In this document: positions 1 through 11,800 of the stretch, piece after piece | Layout: each line of letters opens with the position of its first letter | Numbering within the stretch: position 1 is the first letter of the stretch | From: Macrostomum hystrix | Taxonomy: Eukaryota; Animalia; Platyhelminthes | Assembly (NCBI GenBank): GCA_950097015.1 | Contig: CATNEN010000010.1 | Location: 1,674,001 to 1,738,000, forward strand | Direction of reading: 5' to 3' | DNA length: 64,000 bases | Program-made: the position numbers and the translations under genes | Notes under the pieces: generated by a model | What the model was told of the DNA's origin: nothing | Databases searched by the model: none | Seen by the model: only the letters and a program-made list of their open reading frames with translations

Positions 1-87
1 ATTTATACACGCGAAGCATTCGCGACTGTTTCCTAGAAAGTGTCTCTTAAACCAGCCCCCCACACAATAGTCTGAAGCAGCGGCAGG

Positions 88-525
88 TCAGTGCTGGTGT
101 CCGTCTTCGTGAAAGTAGCGCAGGCCGCAGTAGCCGCAGGTGTGCGGCCCCGGCCCGTCCAGGTTGATGTAGACCCGCGGATGGCCCAGCGCCGGGTCGC
201 CGCCGTCGCAATGCACCACCCGGTCCGGGCTGGGAATGGGCGCCACCTCGTGCACCAGGTCGATGGCCTGCTGTTTATTGATCAGCTTCTGCTTGCCGAC
301 AAAGCGGGCCAGCCGATAGTCGCCCGGCTCGAAGCGCTGGCCAGTGTGAGTTTCCTCAAAGGCGGAGACCGGCGTGTCGACCGTCTGCGGCTGCTGGGAG
401 CCCGTGGTGGCAACGGAGGAGCCGGAGCTGAATCGGGCGGCGCGGATGGCGGCGCTGGCGGAGCTTCGCGCAGCGAACAGTCGAGGAAGAAGCTGGAGAA
501 CTCCGATGGCAGCCGAGGAAGGCAT
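88..525 (-). CDS. NDUFS6: NADH:ubiquinone oxidoreductase 13 kDa subunit (zf-CHCC), intronless, 145 aa
   Basis: Ala/Arg/Ser-rich presequence-like N-terminus; THTGQ..DYRLARF and VHCDGGDPALGHPRVYINLD..TCGYCGLRY motifs are typical of NDUFS6. Confidence 0.93.
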   Translation of the reverse strand: MPSSAAIGVLQLLPRLFAARSSASAAIRAARFSSGSSVATTGSQQPQTVDTPVSAFEETHTGQRFEPGDYRLARFVGKQKLINKQQAIDLVHEVAPIPSPDRVVHCDGGDPALGHPRVYINLDGPGPHTCGYCGLRYFHEDGHQH

Positions 526-565
526 GGCTAGCTGAAGATCGATTTGGGCGGCATTTTTATTTAGA

Positions 566-692
566 GCTTCGAACTTCCAATCGAGAGGTCGGGAGTTCGA
601 ATCTCAGGCCTAGAGAAACCATCTAAAACCTCGAGCGAGACACTTAATTGACCACTCTCCCCAGTCCATGGACTGAACAGCTAGCTGTACCA
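566..692 (+). mobile_element. Short/deleted copy of the tRNA-headed SINE family
   Basis: B-box-like GAGGTCGGGAGTTCGAATCT, CORE-like CCTCGAGCGAGACACTTAA, and family motif CCCCAGTCCATGGACTGAACAGCT shared with copies at about 14.8, 21.1 and 45.9 kb. Confidence 0.55.
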
Positions 693-1744
693 GTCTTTGG
701 TACTCATTTCACCCAGAGTACGCCCATTAGGGCCAACCACAACGGCACAGTGAGATTCCACACTGCCCGGCGATGAGATAGTCAGGACAGATGTGCACAC
801 CTGCGTGAGTGTATGCTCAGGGTCAGCGCGGAATGGACAGAATCGACTCCCCGCTGGCTGTACAATTAAAAAAAATAGACAGTGACATTGTGATTGCTGC
901 AAATCTACAAAAAGGTAGAACCAGAAGGATCTACAGCCTAGAAATAAAAAGCTTTTTAATCTTAAGCCTTTTTCTTATTACGCTCAATTGGTCAGTTGGA
1001 CTCTTTTGAAAAAAGTAAAAATTAAAAAATAATACCCTGTTTTTATTACTGACAAGTAAGGTGAATAGTATGTGTGGATTTAAGGTGAAAATTGCTCTAG
1101 CTTGTTTGGGTACCCCGTTGTGATATAAAATGTTTCATTGTCAATCTTTCCTATGATTTTCTAATCTGATTCGGAAAATGAATAATTTTAACGACAAGAC
1201 AAGCACAAAAAGTAAATGACTAAATTGAAGCTTTTTGTCTATTATATTTAATAAAATATTTGACTGATTGCACAACGAATAAAATTTGATGAAGTATAAA
1301 ACTGTAAATTAGTAAAAATATAAATACTAGTTCAACAAGTTGGTATGATAAAGGTCCGATACTTGATGTGTAGGAGGAATGTAGAACTGATAAGACACTT
1401 AATAAAATAAGGACAGCCATGGGGTTAGAAGACAAGTTCAACACTGCACTGAATACTTACAGTAGTATAATATCAGTGCTAATTGTACAAGCAGTTAGCA
1501 TTAACTGTACCGCTGAAAAACTATAATATTCTATAGGGTGTGAGGAACAAGGAAAAAACTATTAAGTAATCGGATAAACAAGTCAACGTTTTTTCCACTA
1601 AAATTTTGCATTTAACAAAAAATGACAGAATTATGTACTAGATTTATGATCACAGCGATACGAAGCAAGAATTTCACACCTCTCAATGGCAAAATATTCT
1701 CATTCCTCAGCTAGCTTGAATCACAGCTGTACTCAAATCGAATT

Positions 1745-2160
1745 ACAAAAGTACTCACATTGACTCGCAGCTGTACGCACAATGACTCGCAGCTGTACTC
1801 ACATTGAATCACAGCTGTACTCACATTGAATCACAGCTGTACTCACATCGAATCACAGCTGTACTCACATTAAATCACAGCTGTACTCACATCGAATCAC
1901 AGCTGTACTCACATCGAATCACAGCTGTACTCACATTGAATCACAGCTGTACTCACATTGAATCACAGCTGTACTCACATTGAATCACAGCTGTACTCAC
2001 ATTGAATCACAGCTGTACTCACATTGGATCACAGCTGTACTCACATTGAATCACAGCTGTACTCACATCGAATCCCAGCTGTACTCACATTAAATCACAG
2101 CTGTACTCACATTGGATCACAGCTGAACTCACTAAAAAATACAGCTGTACTCACAGAGGC
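1745..2160. repeat. 22-bp minisatellite (ACATTGAATCACAGCTGTACTC)n
   Basis: Direct tandem copies with degenerate edges, just 3' of the kelch gene. Confidence 0.92.
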
Positions 2161-2191
2161 TATTCACACAGTCGCAGAGCTAGAAAATGAC

Positions 2192-3211
2192 TCAGCAGTG
2201 TCTCAGCGGGCGTTCTCGAATTCGCAGAAGCCGCAGGTCGGCCAGCGGTCGGCCGCTCGGCCAGGCGAGGCCACCCTGCAGCAGAATACCTGCGTTATCA
2301 TCGAAGGCTGCGGGGTCGGCTGTGTAGCTGCACGCAGCCGCCAGATACCGCGGAAGCTGTTCGTCTATTGGCAAGGCTTGACCTGCCGCAGGTGACACCG
2401 GTTGCCACCCGGTTGCTAGGCAGGCGTCCAAACATTCAACGAAGCCTTCTTGACCCAGCGCGAACAATCTGCTCCCGCTGCCTGAGGTTGCGGCAATCAG
2501 CCGACGTGACCGAAGCTCGGCCGCGGCATTGCACTCGCCATCAGCTGGGACAGAAACGCCACTCCAGCGGCAGGTGAACAGGTCGAACTGCCAGCAGCAG
2601 CCGCCGCTGCCAACAGCTACTAGACAGTCGGCGCTGACGCCAACCAGACAGTCAGCTGCCTCGGCTGCTTCAGCCGGCGGATCCGGCAGGCGGGTCCACC
2701 GACACAGAGCCGCGTCCAGCTGCCACAGGTCGGCGAGGCGGCGACAATCGTCAGGGGCGTCACTGTGGCCGGACATCAGGTACAGCCGGTGCCCGATTCC
2801 GCAGGCGAGAGCGCCGGCGCGCGGCGACGGCTGATCCGGTCCGACTGGCGGCGGACGCATCCACCGATGCTGGCGAAGGTCGAGGCGAAACAAGTCGCCC
2901 GAGCAGGCGCCGCCGGCGCCAGGTCGCCCCCCGAATGCCAGCAGGCTGGCACAACCGTCGGCAAAGGCGACGCATCCGGTGACATCGGCGTCTGGAGCAT
3001 CGCCGACAGCGTTGAGCAGTGTCCAGCGACCGGCAGCCAGGTCGAATTGCAGGACGGGCGGCGAAGTGGCGGCGAACTGACCGCCGCCGATAGCGAAGAC
3101 GCGACCGTCGGCGAGGGCGAGGGCGTGGCCGCTGCGACGGCACTCGTGGCCTGCACCGTCTGGACCGTCGGTGCCGCTGCTCAGGAGGTCCAGCGTGTAG
3201 GCGAAACGCAT
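2192..3211 (-). CDS. Kelch-repeat (KLHDC-like) beta-propeller protein, intronless, 339 aa
   Basis: Repeated kelch signatures: RSGHALA..VFAIGG, LLAFGG, PSPRAGALAC..LYLMSG, (F/Q)DL..RW. Acceptor-like TTTTTTGCAG about 80 nt upstream of the ATG. Confidence 0.8.
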   Translation of the reverse strand: MRFAYTLDLLSSGTDGPDGAGHECRRSGHALALADGRVFAIGGGQFAATSPPVLQFDLAAGRWTLLNAVGDAPDADVTGCVAFADGCASLLAFGGRPGAGGACSGDLFRLDLRQHRWMRPPPVGPDQPSPRAGALACGIGHRLYLMSGHSDAPDDCRRLADLWQLDAALCRWTRLPDPPAEAAEAADCLVGVSADCLVAVGSGGCCWQFDLFTCRWSGVSVPADGECNAAAELRSRRLIAATSGSGSRLFALGQEGFVECLDACLATGWQPVSPAAGQALPIDEQLPRYLAAACSYTADPAAFDDNAGILLQGGLAWPSGRPLADLRLLRIRERPLRHC

Positions 3212-3414
3212 GGCTCCAATGCGCGGCGCTGGGTTATCCGGAGCTCCTGACAGCCGTCAAATCGCAGCCTAATTAGCAGTTTGAGCAGCCTGCAAAAAAT
3301 GCGCGCGACAAGAATTAGATTCATGTAGTTTAAAGGGCCCGCTTTTAAATTAATTTATTGCATTTACAAACAAAATTAATTAAATTAAGTAGGTAAAAAG
3401 TTTACAAGTAAAAC

Positions 3415-4235
3415 GACTAGATAATCCTAATCCTTAACGAACTGAGTAGAAAATCCTTAACGAACTGAGTAGATAATCCTTAACGAACTGAGTAGATAAT
3501 CCTTAACGAACTGAGTAGATAATCCTGATCCTCAACGAACCGAGTAGATAATCCTCAACGAACCGAGTAGATAATCCTTAACGAACTGAGTGGATAATCC
3601 TGATCCTCAACGAACCGAGTAGATAATCCTTAACGAACTGAGTGGATAATCCTGATCCTCAACGAACCGAGTAGATAATCCTTAACGAACTGAGTGGATA
3701 ATCCTGATCCTCAACGAACCGAGTAGATAATCCTAATCCTCTACATACCGAGTAGATAATCCTGATCCTCAACGAACCGAGTAGATAATCCTGATCCTCA
3801 ACGAACCGAGTAGATAATCCTTAACGAACTGAGTAGATAATCCTTATCCTCAACGAACCGAGTAGATAATCCTAATCCTCTACATACCGAGTAGATAATC
3901 CTGATCCTCAACGAACCGAGTAGATAATCCTGATCCTTAACATACTAAGTAGATAATCCTGATCCTCAACATACCGAGTAGATAATCCTAATCCTTAACA
4001 TACCGAGGAGATAATCCTAATCCTTAACATACCGAGTAGATAATCCTAATCCTTAACATACCGAGTAGATAATCCTAATCCTTAACATACCGAGTAGATA
4101 ATCCTAATCCTTAACATACCGAGTAGATAATCCTAATCCTTAACATACCGAGTAGATAATCCTAATCCTTAACATACCGAGTAGATAATCCTAATCCTTA
4201 ACATACCGAGTAGATAATCCTAATCCTTAATGAAC
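3415..4235. repeat. Minisatellite of mixed 23/29-bp units (CCGAGTAGATAATCCTAATCCTTAACATA)n
   Basis: Tandem units, with variant types shifting along the array. Confidence 0.92.
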
Positions 4236-5049
4236 GGAGTAGTTATCTTAGTTCTCATCAAACAGAATAGATAATCCTTAGATAATCTTAATCCCAAAGC
4301 AAAAGAGCAAATGTCTGTAATTTGTGAAGCAATGACAGAGCTCCGATGCACTGCAGATTATATATATATATAATAATAAACTTCTACTATTGGGCTGAAG
4401 CGGCGGGCAGCCTCAGCCACGCAATTGCTTGATTGGATTAAAAAGCGAGCAAAACAGCAAACACTGCTTATATACCCGATCATAAGTAGTAGGTTAAGTG
4501 TGCGAATAGTGTGGATCGGGGTCTAGTGAACAGAATAAACAGTCAGCAAACATCCTATCAAAATACGGGGATCTCAATGGTGAGTAGAGGCAACAAAAAA
4601 CTCAATTGTGGATCCCACAGAATCACAGACTGCAGCCGGGGCGATATGGTAGAAATTGAAACGGGGGACAGGAAGGAAAGGCAAAAAAGCATATACGGTA
4701 GGTTGCACAACCACTTTTAGCGAACAGACAAAGCCTGTGTGTGGTGGAGTCGAGAAAGTACAAAGCGAACTGTTGTACTCAGCTATGATCAGGTAGCACA
4801 TGCAAGTGAATGATTTTTCGATTTTGGCTTAAAGCAGTAAAACTTCAGGCAGCAGCAACACAGTGATATTCATTCGATAAAGTGCGCAAAGTGAGACTGG
4901 TGATGGTACACCAACCGTTACAGGCTGAGCAAACCAGTAAACACTAGTTTACTATACTCGGGAAGACTCGAATATTATATATTAATAGATTTATACTAGA
5001 ATACATTGATCAGATTTGCAATAATAGTGACTGTGGCTTTAATCACTTA

Positions 5050-5690
5050 TTGGACTTTTGTGAGGCTTTGCGCTAATCCCTTATTCTACTCATTGTGAGG
5101 CTTTACGCTAATCCCCTATTCTACTCATTGTGAGGCTTTACGCTAATCCCCTATTCTACTCATTGTGAGGCTTTACGCTAATCCCCTATTCTACTCATTG
5201 TGAGGCTTTACGCTAATCCCTTATTCCACTCATTGTGAGGCTTTACGCTAATCCCCTATTCTACTCATTGTGAGGCTTTACGCTAATCCCCTATTCTACT
5301 CATTGTGAGGCTTTACGCTAATCCCCTATTCTACTCATTGTGAGGCTTTACGCTAATCCCCTATTCTACTCATTGTGAGGCTTTACGCTAATCCCCTATT
5401 CTACTCATTGTGAGGCTTTACGCTAATCCCTTATTCCACTCATTGTGAGGCTTTACGCTAATCCCCTATTCTACTCATTGTGAGGCTTTACGCTAATCCC
5501 CTATTCTACTCATTGTGAGGCTTTACGCTAATCCCCTATTCTACTCATTGTGAGGCTTTACGCTAATCCCCTATTCTACTCATTGTGAGGCTTTACGCTA
5601 ATCCCCTATTCTACTCATTGTGAGGCTTTACGCTAATCCCCTATTCTACTCATTGTGGGGCTTTACGCTAATCCCCTATTCTACTTGTTG
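5050..5690. repeat. 35-bp minisatellite (TGTGAGGCTTTACGCTAATCCCCTATTCTACTCAT)n
   Basis: Near-identical tandem copies with no spacers. Confidence 0.94.
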
Positions 5691-5831
5691 TGGGGCGTCG
5701 AGCAAATTTCTAATTTGCAAGTAGGCTACGAGGCCTCGTATCTTGGAAATATACAAAATAATTTTGAGTTTCCCTATGAACCCAAGGTACTACTATAAGC
5801 ACGGTAGAAAACTTGTAGTATGCAGCGCCGT

Positions 5832-8800
5832 TCAGCCGCGCCAATCCTTCACGGTCTTGTGCTCGCCCCAGGCGTGAAAGCAGGCGGTGAAATCTGGCGG
5901 CTCCGAGCCTTTCTGAGCCGCTCCGAGCCGCCTGGTTCCGCTGGTGCCTTCGCGGTCACGCACGGCCATCAGGTAGAGCTTGGCCGCCTGCAGGGCTAGT
6001 TTCTTGAGCACATCGGACACCTTGCTGCCAACCCACAGGTAGAGCTTGGTGCCATTGTCCAGCAGCATGATGGCGCTCTCGGTGAGGGCGGACTGGGCAA
6101 AATCAACGCCCAAGTCGTCGGCCTTCAGGTAGCCCTCCTCGGTGGTGATCCTGAACAGTCGGCAGGCCGAGTAAAAGTCCACGCCAGTGAAGTAGGCCGA
6201 GCGGCCGCCCAGCAGCTCCCAGAACTGGTCCGTCTCTTCGCCTTCGGCTAATTCAACCGGCGTCGCTTCGGGCAGCAGGGAGGTCGCGAGTTCGAGCGCC
6301 AACTCCCGATCGGCCTGGCTGGAGCCGCGGCCGTGCCACACCAGCAGCTGGTCCGGGCCGCGGGTGAGCAGGTGTGAGAAGGCTGAGCACAGGCTGGCCG
6401 GGGATGCGGGCACTTCCAGACAGCGGGAGAGCAGCGGGTCCGCATTCGGCGTGCGCAGCTGGTAGAGGCGAGTCACCGGCGCCGCCCTGTAGAATGGCAA
6501 AATAAAGAAGGGCCTAACAGTAAGAATACCAAGTCACAGGCACATTTGTGTGACATGCAGATAAATTTTGAAGGCCTGGCAAGGCGCAGTGCTAATTTGT
6601 GTATAGGATGCCCGCATTTGGGCCGTGTTTGAGTTTAGCGTGCTTGCGTTGCTCCGTTCTGGTGCCGCAAAAAAACTTTATCAGAGGGGAAATGGGAACT
6701 TCCCCTCTCCCTTGGTGGTTCTACTGCTCATAGAAATCCCAATACAGGTGCCCGTAGACTCATTCCCAAGTCTCACCTGCGCTGTTCAGCATCCTGCGGA
6801 GTGCGCGGCCGCTGGCCCTTGTGGACAATGAACTTCCTGTTCAGCAGAGCCAAAAACTGCCGACTCTCCTCCTGCTGGCGCATCGGCCGGAACTCCGGAT
6901 CCTTGATCTTCTCGGCCAGAGTTTTGCGCGTGTCGAAGTTGAATTTGTGCAGCGCCAAATCGCTGGTGTCCCGGCCCTGCCAAAAGTACACAATGTACTT
7001 CATCTGCACCTCCTCTTCCTCCTCTTCGTCCTTCGCCTGGTCGGCCGTTTCATCTTGCTCCGGCTCCTCCGGGTAATAATGGCAGATGAAGATGTAGCAC
7101 TCCTTGGTGTAGAAGTGGCCCAGCTCGTCTGGCGTGATCCGTTTGTACTTTTCCGCCGATCTTGAGAGATGGAGAGGCGGGGTGGCGTGGGGCAGCGATA
7201 GTCGGCTTAGAAAATAATCTTTACGCTTGCATAATTTGAATCGATGAAGACCGACAAGGATCTACTAGTCGTCAGAAATCGACCGAGGAATCGAAGCTGG
7301 GCGACAAAGATTCGACTAATTGTTAGGAATCAAACGAGGAATCGAAGATGACTAAAACACATTCCACAAGGCAAATAGAATCGACCGAACAATCGACCGA
7401 GGAATCGAAGATGACTAAAACACATTCTACTAGGCAATAGTAATCGACCGAAGAATCGACCGAGGATTCGAATATGACTAAAGCACATTTTACTAGGCAA
7501 TAGGAACCGACCGATGAATCGACGATGACTAAAACACATTCTACTAGGCAATAGGAACCGACCGAGGAATCGACGATGACTAAAACACATTTTACTAGGC
7601 AATAGGAACCGACCGAGGAATCGATGATGACTAAAACACATTTTACTAGGCAATAGGAATCGACCGAAGAATCGACCGAAGAATCGACCGAAGAATCGAT
7701 CGAAGAATCGACCGAAGAATCGATCGAAGAATCGACCGAAGAATCGATCGAAGAATCGACCGAAGAATCGATCGAAGAATCGACCGAAGAATCGATCGAA
7801 GAATCGACCGAAGAATCGACCGAGGAATCGAAGATGACTAAAACACATTCTAATAGGTAGGTAGGATGAAATTACTATCTATTACCACTTAATGTGTAGG
7901 CTTGACGAAGCTTCATACAGTGGGTTAACAACAGAACGATATGTGTTGAAATACGCATATACACAAATTCAACGTATAACCTATGAGAGAAGAATGAGGT
8001 AAACGGTCAGCTCACTTGACGGCACTGTAGTTGGGCACCAGCACAAAGTTGGCCAGGGTTTCCAGATTGTCCACATCGTCCCTAAAGCTGGCCATCTGGT
8101 CGGCCGCCACGTCCGGTGTCGGCGGCGTTGGCCTTGGCAGGAAGAAGTCGGTGAGGTCCATCCGCATCTTATCCCGCTCCATGATGGTTCGCATATCGAC
8201 GCCGCGCTTGGCAACTGACTCGGCTGTGCGGGTGAAATCCACCGCCACGGCGTCGTCCCAGCCGTGGAAGCGCAGCTTGAAGCTGATTGGCTCGGCGCTC
8301 TCCAAGCAGCGGGTGACAGACGTAGTCTCCGGGGACCGGTCGAACAGGGTGAAGGCCTCCTGGGCCAGCTTCAGGCCCGCGTAGCGAAGGAATTTCACAG
8401 CCTTGCTGCCGAACCAGACGTAGATATCGGTGTCGCAGTCAAGCAGGTAGACACCGGTGGACTCCAACACAGACTGGGTGAGCTGGCCGCGAACTCTTGG
8501 AATCTCCAGCGAGCCGGGGCCCATGCGGACCGCGTACAGAAGCGGCCGAGTTGGCTCCCAGTCTGCTGGGATGTGGTCCACCGCCTGCAGTGCATTGTGA
8601 GCATAGATTTCAAATGTTAGTCAGTGTACAGCCTTATCCATCCAGTCATCTAGAAAACAAGCCGCGGTACTTGTCATTAATCTGCATTTACAAGCACCCG
8701 ATTGGCTATATTTAATCTAAAAATACATATGAGCTATCTTTAGCCCTAGCTTATGAGCATGCATAACCCTAGCTTATGAGCATGCATAACCCTAGCATAT

Positions 8801-11800
8801 GAGCATGCATAACCCTAGCATATGAGCATGCATAACCCTAGCTTATGAGCATGCATAACCCTAGCTTATGAGCATGCATAACCCTAGCTTATGAGCATGC
8901 ATAACCCTAGCTTATGAGCATGCATAACCCTAGCATATGAGCATGCATAACCCTACCTTATGAGCATGCATAACCCTAGCTTATGAGCATGCATAACCCT
9001 AGCTTATGAGCATGCATAACCCTAGCATATGAGCATGCATAACCCTACCTTATGAGCATGCATAACCCTAGCATATGAGCATGCATAAGCCTAGCATATG
9101 AGCATGCAGAACCCTAGCATATGAGCATGCATGACCCTAGCTTATGAGCATACATAACCCTAGCTTATGAGCATACATAACCCTAGCTTATGAGCATACA
9201 TAACCCTAGCTTATGAGCATACATAACCCTAGCTTATGAGCATACATAACCCTAGCTTATGAGCATGCATAACCCTAGCTTATGAGCATGCATAAGCCTA
9301 GCATATGAGCATGCATAAGCCTAGCATATGAGCATGCATAACCCTAGCATATGAGCATGCATAAGCCTAGCATATGAGCATGCATAACCCTAGCATATGA
9401 GCATGCATAACCCTAGAATATGAGCATGCATAAGCCTAGCATATGAGCATGCATAAGCCTAGCATATGAGCATGCATAACCCTAGCATATGAGCATGCAT
9501 TACCCTTGCGTATGAGCATGCATAAGCCTAGCATATGAGCATGCATAAGCCTAGCATATGAGCATGCATAAGCCTAGCATATGAGCATGCATAAGCCTAG
9601 CATATGAGCATGCATTACCCTTGCGTATGAGCATTTTATGCCAAAATTAGGCCTGTATATTATATCCTATGTATTTAATAGTCTACTACAAAAACCCTGT
9701 CCAGAAACAGTCGCAGATATAATTCACCTCCTCCTTGGCGGGCTTCTCGCACCCCAATGCGGCCCAAAACTCGGCCGGCTCGAAGCCCTCCATGGTGCTG
9801 ACAACCTCGGCGGCATTCTTTCGCTCGGTTTTGCGAATCCGATCGGCAATGAGGCGTGCCTTGGAGGCGGTCATGTGCTTGGCGGAGGCGCCAACCCAGA
9901 CAAACAGTGTGGTCTGAGCATCCAGCAGGTACACAAACTTCGGATCCAGCTCGGTCAGCGACAGCGGAACCGCCTGCAGGCGGACCGTCTGGGAGCCGCA
10001 AAGGCGATAGAGCCGGCAGGGCGGCTGGTCTTCAATCACCTAGAAGTTGTTGGGTTAAAAATGCGCAACATGTTATGAGCGCTACTTGAAGTAGCATAGT
10101 AAAGAAATTTACAAAAGTCCACAAATTCTTAACGCAGTCAAAATGAAACTACCCGCAAACATTAAAATTAAAGAAGGAAAAAATCGAACTAAGGAGACTA
10201 TAATTAAACTGTGAGGATAACGAAACTCGAAAGTTCAGATTGTAGGATAACACGGGATATAGGGGGGATAACTGTCAAACTGATGGGATAACACTGGAAT
10301 AACAGTCAAACTGATGGGATAACACTGGAATAACAGTCAAACTGATGGGATAACACTGGAATAACAGTCAAACTGATGGGATAACACTGGAATAACAGGC
10401 AAACTGATGGGATAACACTGCAATAACAGTCAAACTGATGGGATAACACTGGAATAACAGGCAAACTGATGGGATAACACTGGAATAACAGTCAAACTGA
10501 TGGGATAACACTGGAATAACAGTCAAACTGATGGGATAACACTGGAATAACAGTCAAACTGATGGGAGAACACTGGAATAACAGTCAAACTGATGGGATA
10601 ACACTGGAAAAACAGTCAAACTGATGGGATAACACTGGAATAACAGTCAAACTGAGGGGATAACACTGGAAAAACAGTCAAACTGATGGGATAACACTGG
10701 AATAACAGTCAAACTGAGGGGATAACACTGGAATAACAGTCAAACTGATGGGATAACACTGGAATAACAGTCAAACTGATGGGATAACACTGGAATAACT
10801 GTCAAACTGATGGGATAACACTGGAATAACTGTCAAACTGATGGGATAACACTGGAATAACAGTCAAACTGATGGGATAACACTGGAATAACAGTCAAAC
10901 TGATAAAATGGACATGTGGATGAAATGATGAGATCACAGTTTATAAAAATACGAGAACTAAAAAGATGGTAAGACAGCAGGTATCGTGTGGATGAGAAGT
11001 TAATGACATGAAAAAGTGCTCCCCCTCACCTGGAATAAGCCGGAGTTGGAGTGCTCGCCGTTCACAACCTGAATGCTGCCGCCGAACAGCGCCAGAAACT
11101 CCGGACTCTCCGCGTCCTCCTCTTCGCGCTGGGTCCGGCACTCGGCGCCCAGCAGGTTGCGCAGGTTGACGGCGTGCATGGAGGCGCAGAACAGCTTGTC
11201 GGTGGTGGCGTGGGACCCGATCCAGTAGTAGATGGTCCAGTCCAGGCTGCCGCTCTGCGTCTGGAAGGTGTTCAGCACGACGTAGCAGTCGCCGCGGAAG
11301 AACACCCCAATTAGATCCTTCTCGTCCACCGGGCGGGGATAGCGATCGTCGATCTCCCAGACTTCCAGGCCGGGGATCTGGCCGACAAGCTCGTCGAAGA
11401 TCTCGCCGTAATCCAGGTCCGGCTTGCGCAGGGCGTCCTTCCAGCTGCGCGACTTCACCGACTGAGCCTCGAACTGCTGGGTCTGCTTGGCCCGCGCCAC
11501 CTTCCGCATGCCGTCCAGCACCTTCCGGCTGCTCGTGTCGTCCCCGGAGCCGCCGGCGCCGGACTCGCTGCCGCTGTCGCGTCCGCGACGCTTCAACCGG
11601 CGCCAGCGAGCCGCCTGGTCCCGCTTGGCGTGGCCCGGAGCCGCAGCCGCCGCCGCAGCCCGCGTCGCCTGATCGCCGGCCAGCGGGCTGCCAGAGCGGA
11701 GCAGAGCGGCCTTCTTGTGCGTCTCCAGGGAGAAGTCCAGATTGTAGAAGGCCTTGCCAGCCCCGATCTGCATCTCCTTCTGTTGGAGCAGATTTTTGGG

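Noticed and set aside
5050-5690. 35-bp, 31-bp and 37-bp repeat arrays superficially resembling CRISPR repeats
   Set aside because: Units are directly abutting with no unique spacers, there are no cas genes, and the context is eukaryotic introns and spacers.
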